Position numbers and translations under genes: made by a program. The notes below the pieces were generated by a model that saw nothing but the letters and a program-made list of their open reading frames with translations, did not search any database and was not told where the DNA came from. 32,000 nucleotides of DNA from Acaryochloris thomasi RCC1774 (GTDB lineage Bacteria > Cyanobacteriota > Cyanobacteriia > Thermosynechococcales > Thermosynechococcaceae): the NCBI RefSeq assembly GCF_003231495.1, contig NZ_PQWO01000001.1, positions 60,001-92,000 of the forward strand, read 5' to 3'. Each line of letters begins with the position of its first letter. Position 1 is the first letter of the stretch. Positions 27,876 through 32,000 of the stretch are shown piece by piece.

Positions 27876-29783
27876 TTACTGAGACTGCAGGTAAGCTTCC
27901 AGTGCATCAGAGGCTAGCTCGGTCAGCGTTTGACCTTCAGCTTGCGCCTTATCCTTAAGGCGACTGTAGACCTCCGGCCGCAGATTGACACGGTGCCGCA
28001 CTCTGGTCTTGGAAACCGCGCTCGGATCGTAGGTTTGGGCAAACTGGCGCAGGGACTCGAAAGAGATGCGATCGCAAAAATCGCCAAAGCTCTCAGACTT
28101 ACCGCTGCGAGACTGCTTAAAGTAAACCAGCAGCGGCTCTAATGTCGCCTCTAGCTCCTGAATCGGCATCAATTCCTGATAAACGCGAGCCAACCGAGTT
28201 TGATGGGGGCAACCACCCAGCCAAAGCTGATAGGTTTCGGGCTTAATGCCCACAAACCCCACCTCCGCCATGTAGGGGCGGGCACAGCCATTTGGGCAAC
28301 CCGTCATCCGAATCACAAAATGCTCCTGTTCCAAACCCAATCGATTCAGCAACGCCCGAAGCCGGTCCACAATACTCGGGATGACTCGCTCAGACTCTGT
28401 AATCGCCAGACCACAGGTCGGCATCGCCGGACAGGCCATCGCATAGCGCACCAGCGGCTCGATCTCCTCCGCCATTTGGACGCCGTGACTCTGCAAGAGC
28501 TGCTGAATTTCTGAGCGCTGACCGGGTTGAATGTTGTACAAAATCAGATTCTGATTTGCCGTCATCCGTATCGGTAACTGGTAGGTTTTCACCAGCATCC
28601 TCAGAGCCGTTTTCAGACGCAAATCCCCTTGATCATAGACCCGACCATTTACCATCGACAGCCCGAAGAAGAGCTGACCATCCCCCTGCTCATGCCAGCC
28701 CAGATAGTCTTCGTACTTAAAATCAGGCAGCGACCGGAACGCCTCTAAAGACTTACCAAAATACTGTTCAACAACCCCTTTAAACTTTTCAATTCCCCAG
28801 TCATTCACCAAGTATTTCATCCGCGCATGACGACGCTGGTGGCGGTCGCCATAATCTCGCTGAGTCGCGACTACAGCCTTGACCAGATCGTAGATATCGT
28901 CCTTTGCCACAAACCCCAACGGGTCAGAGATACGCGCGAAGGTTTCTTCTTTATTATGGGTGCGGCCCATGCCACCGCCCACCAGAACATTGAAGCCCTC
29001 CAGCTCATCTTGGTCGTTGGTGATGACCACCAGACCCAGATCCTGGGTATAAAGATCAATAGAATTATCTTCGGGTACCGTCACCGCAATTTTGAACTTT
29101 CGGGGCATATAGTGCTCCCCGTAGATCGGCTCTTCTGTACCTTTAATATTGGTATTGTGGCTGTTCCTCTGACGGGCAGCCTTAACTTCAGGATGCTCTT
29201 CTCCCGAAACAACCTTCTCACCATCAAGCCAGATCTCATAATAGGCACCCGTCTGGGGCGTCAGTAGATCAGCAATCCGATTGGCATAATCTTGCGCATA
29301 GGCATAGTCAGGTCGGTTCGTGTAGGGAACCGGCGGCGCCATCACATTACGATTGAGGTCGCCACAAGCCCCTAAAGTTGACCCCATACTCTTAATGATG
29401 CCAGCCATCACTGCCTTCAGGTTCTTTTTCAAAATGCCGTGCATCTGAAAAGCCTGCCGAGTGGTGGCCCGGAGCGTCTGATTGCCATAGGTTTCTGACA
29501 GATGATCGAGTGTCAGGTAAAGCTCAGGCGGTATGAAGCCCCCTGGGCAGCGGGTACGCAGCATGAACTGATAATCTTTCTCCTGCCCGCGAACTCGGTT
29601 ATCCCGATTATCTTGCTGATAAGATCCGTGAAACTTGAGGATCTGAATCGCGTCTTCAGGCAAAAAGGACGTGGGTGTCTGCAGTTCTTGCACTAGAGGA
29701 GCACGCAGGAACTGACTATTTTCCTTGATCTTCTCAAGTTTGGAGGGCTTAGCAATCGAAGGAGCGGAAGGAGCGTTAACCAT
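27876..29783 (-). CDS. sir: Assimilatory sulfite reductase (ferredoxin-dependent), siroheme/4Fe-4S
   Basis: 635-aa ORF with the cluster/siroheme Cys motifs [10 protein letters not shown] and [10 protein letters not shown], and the duplicated NiR/SiR half-domains. Confidence 0.95.
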   Translation of the reverse strand: MVNAPSAPSIAKPSKLEKIKENSQFLRAPLVQELQTPTSFLPEDAIQILKFHGSYQQDNRDNRVRGQEKDYQFMLRTRCPGGFIPPELYLTLDHLSETYGNQTLRATTRQAFQMHGILKKNLKAVMAGIIKSMGSTLGACGDLNRNVMAPPVPYTNRPDYAYAQDYANRIADLLTPQTGAYYEIWLDGEKVVSGEEHPEVKAARQRNSHNTNIKGTEEPIYGEHYMPRKFKIAVTVPEDNSIDLYTQDLGLVVITNDQDELEGFNVLVGGGMGRTHNKEETFARISDPLGFVAKDDIYDLVKAVVATQRDYGDRHQRRHARMKYLVNDWGIEKFKGVVEQYFGKSLEAFRSLPDFKYEDYLGWHEQGDGQLFFGLSMVNGRVYDQGDLRLKTALRMLVKTYQLPIRMTANQNLILYNIQPGQRSEIQQLLQSHGVQMAEEIEPLVRYAMACPAMPTCGLAITESERVIPSIVDRLRALLNRLGLEQEHFVIRMTGCPNGCARPYMAEVGFVGIKPETYQLWLGGCPHQTRLARVYQELMPIQELEATLEPLLVYFKQSRSGKSESFGDFCDRISFESLRQFAQTYDPSAVSKTRVRHRVNLRPEVYSRLKDKAQAEGQTLTELASDALEAYLQSQ

Positions 29784-30831
29784 GTGTACAGGCGCAGAAA
29801 ATAGACTTAAAGACAGAAAATCACCCCGGAGTAAGTGAGGCGATCAGGTAGCTAATAATTATTAAGGTAGATTAATTGAGACAAGATTGCCCGGTAATCC
29901 GGTCGGGATTAGGATGAATCCTATTCCATAATTGTACATCGCCCACTCTCTGAAGGGGGTGAGAGCAGGCAAGAGAGTCACCAAACTTCATAACATCCAA
30001 CCTTGAAGCAGGCTCTAGACCCCTGAAAGGAGGCCAAAAACAATGGCCCCCAGCATTGATACATACCAATGGTGAGAGCCAATCGTGTTGGGTCGAGGCA
30101 AGATTCTCAGTCAGAATCCTGAACTCTATATCAAGACTAGTTTTGTGGTGTCGCTCCACCAGCACAATAACGGAGCTAAAGCGAAGAGTCCACCAGGGAA
30201 GTACCAGCGAATGCCTCAGTCATCCGATCAGCCCCATGCCGATCAACCAGTAACGACTCATCATGCGCATTATTTATTGATGAGGATGATTATGCCGAGC
30301 ACAGTCTCGACTCCAGCACCGATCGAGGAACTGAATACGATGCTGCCGCCAGAATTGACTGGGGTGTAGCTGAAGCTGAACATCAGGGTGAAAGAGTGGC
30401 TGGTTAAGGTACTGCCACATAGGAAATCGGTTCGAGTTAGTCTGGCTTAGCATGATGATCTTGAAACGTGATGGAGTTAGTAAGGTCTAAATCTGTCTCT
30501 AAGATCAGAGTACCCAAGTCTCCTTTTCTTCTTTAAAGGGGCAAGGATGCAATTTGTATTATTTTTTACCGTTTGTCATTTTCTGCCATCGCCTAATCCC
30601 AGAATCGATCGACATTTGTCAAAATCAGAGCTGATCCCAGACCCGCCATCTTTTATAGATTCCTGCACGAAAAGGTCAAGATGCTCGCTAGAATCAAAGT
30701 TAATAATCTGTTAACGATTCATCCCCCATTGCTCTAATGCATCTGTAACTGGACAATAGGGTGGCTGGATTCATAGACGCTCATCTGTCTTTGTCACCCT
30801 TGGCCTTGCTATAGAGGAATTCACAAGTCCC

Positions 30832-31752
30832 ATGTCCTTATTTGACTGGTTTGCAAATCGTCAAAAATCAAGTCCTGCACCACAGGCGCAACCCGAGCGA
30901 GATATCGCTGACGGGCTATGGACGAAGTGTGAGTCCTGCAGCGCATTGACCTACACAAAAGACTTACAGACGAACCTCATGGTCTGTGTAGAATGCAATC
31001 ACCACATGCGTGTCTTCAGCGATGAGCGTATTCATCAGCTGATTGATGACGGAACTTGGTCAGCAATGGATGAAGATTTAATCGCCTGCGATCCGCTCAA
31101 GTTCAAAGACCGCAAGGCTTACTGCGAGAGGCTGCAGGACTATCAAGAGAAAACCGGACTGCGGGATGCAGTGCAGACCGGCTTGGGACTGATGGAAGGC
31201 CTACCCGTAGCATTGGGGGTCATGGACTTCCGGTTCATGGGAGGGAGTATGGGATCGGTTGTGGGTGAAAAGTTAACGCGACTCATTGAACAAGCCACTC
31301 AGGACCGTCGCCCGATCATCATTGTTTGCGCCTCAGGGGGAGCAAGAATGCAGGAGGGAATGTTGAGTTTGATGCAGATGGCAAAAACCTCAGCCGCACT
31401 AGAGCGACATCGAGCCCATCACTTTCTTTATATCCCCGTTTTGACCCATCCTACGACGGGTGGAGTGACGGCTAGCTTTGCCATGCTGGGGGATATGATT
31501 CTAGCTGAGCCTAAGGCGACGATTGGTTTTGCCGGACGCAGAGTGGTGGAGCAAACGCTGCGAGAGAAGCTACCCGATGACTTCCAGACCGCTGAATATT
31601 TGCTGGATCACGGCTTTGTTGATGCCATTGTACAGCGCCCACAACTGAAGGCCACGCTAGCGCGATTGATTCGAATTCACCAGCCTTTACCCAAGGTTTC
31701 AGATATGCCTAAGGGGCAGATGAATCCTGCTGCAGAGCATATTGGACGCTAA
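30832..31752 (+). CDS. accD: Acetyl-CoA carboxylase carboxyltransferase subunit beta
   Basis: Begins MSLFDWF. It has the Zn-finger [26 protein letters not shown] and the motif [11 protein letters not shown] ... SGGARMQEG. Confidence 0.96.
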   Translation: MSLFDWFANRQKSSPAPQAQPERDIADGLWTKCESCSALTYTKDLQTNLMVCVECNHHMRVFSDERIHQLIDDGTWSAMDEDLIACDPLKFKDRKAYCERLQDYQEKTGLRDAVQTGLGLMEGLPVALGVMDFRFMGGSMGSVVGEKLTRLIEQATQDRRPIIIVCASGGARMQEGMLSLMQMAKTSAALERHRAHHFLYIPVLTHPTTGGVTASFAMLGDMILAEPKATIGFAGRRVVEQTLREKLPDDFQTAEYLLDHGFVDAIVQRPQLKATLARLIRIHQPLPKVSDMPKGQMNPAAEHIGR

Positions 31753-32000
31753 TTTTGAATATTGCCAATATCACCATTCCAAACTATATCAAGCGCAGAT
31801 TTGGGAAAGGGACCTCTCAATGGCATGATATTAGCAGAATCAATCAAGCTCATAATCATGGGGTTTGCAGACCTATCGATTACATAAATAGCGACAGATT
31901 ACCCTTGCTCTGAAGAGGAGGTTGTGAGTCTGTGATCGCTTAATGTTGAGGATTTGTTTGCGTCCATGGGAGCTGCTCACTTGAGATGTATTGATTGATC

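Noticed and set aside
30027-30075. Strong Shine-Dalgarno AAGGAGG plus a 9-nt spacer plus a 10-codon mini-ORF (MAPSIDTYQW) as a leader peptide
   Set aside because: A 7-mer like this is expected a few times per 32 kb by chance. The nearest downstream plus-strand gene, accD, is about 750 nt away, and no attenuator-like structure is evident.
30154-30161. CTCCACCA (tmRNA/tRNA 3'-end-like) and GGTTCGAG at 30429-30436 (T-loop-like) as hints of a tRNA or tmRNA gene in the gap
   Set aside because: Neither is flanked by a complementary T-stem or acceptor stem, and the two motifs are 270 nt apart in the wrong order. No cloverleaf can be drawn.
29872-30270. Minus-strand frame open for about 130 codons with a single in-frame TGA (30222-30220), considered as a selenoprotein or recoding candidate
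   Set aside because: The translated sequence is Trp/His/Arg-rich and non-protein-like. I saw no SECIS-like hairpin right after the TGA. A chance open frame or decayed sequence is more likely.
29872-30369. ORF-track entries 29872-30165 (minus, 97 aa) and 30085-30369 (plus, 94 aa) as real genes
   Set aside because: They overlap each other on opposite strands and have no recognisable motifs or start context. I kept them only as part of the unexplained-gap finding.

Overview
The window reads as a cyanobacterial chromosome segment made up mostly of housekeeping genes. Four things support this. The HIP1 octamer GCGATCGC occurs 19 times by eye, against about 0.5 expected by chance. The L3-L4-L23-L2-S19-L22 ribosomal operon has no rpsJ in front of rplC. 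A clpR-clpP3 pair, a class II dual FBP/SBPase, a VKOR-thioredoxin fusion, ferredoxin-sulfite reductase and an efp-accB pair are all present.

Gene order, left to right:
- rplV (partial), rpsS, rplB, rplW, rplD, rplC (minus strand)
- a lone Dpp/Opp-type ABC permease
- murA, an M48 peptidase, glpX-type F/SBPase, hemA
- a VKOR-Trx protein
- an ABA4-like/GNAT/trpD operon
- an IS200-type tnpA-only element followed by an unrecognised 175-aa ORF
- a thioredoxin-like protein
- clpR-clpP3
- a 973-aa TPR-CHAT protein, then hflX
- an orphan FkbM methyltransferase
- a small Zn-ribbon ORF coupled to a DUF1350 hydrolase
- a pentapeptide-repeat protein
- accB, efp
- a DUF2470 protein, a small P-loop NTPase, a Uma2 nuclease-fold protein
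- an HI0933-like flavoprotein, sir
- a 1 kb apparently non-coding gap
- accD

I found no CRISPR array and no tRNA or rRNA gene. I also see no convincing multi-gene novel system.

The observations most worth following up are:
- the signal-peptide-bearing TPR-CHAT (caspase-fold) protein, with an intact His/Cys dyad and a recently homogenised 120-bp tandem repeat array
- the unexplained 1,048-bp gap between sir and accD
- a ribbon-helix-helix-like tail on sulfite reductase
- a 3' frameshift in the Uma2 gene
- the IS200 element with GAA-loop hairpins next to an unrecognised ORF

All family assignments come from motif recognition by eye. No searches were run.
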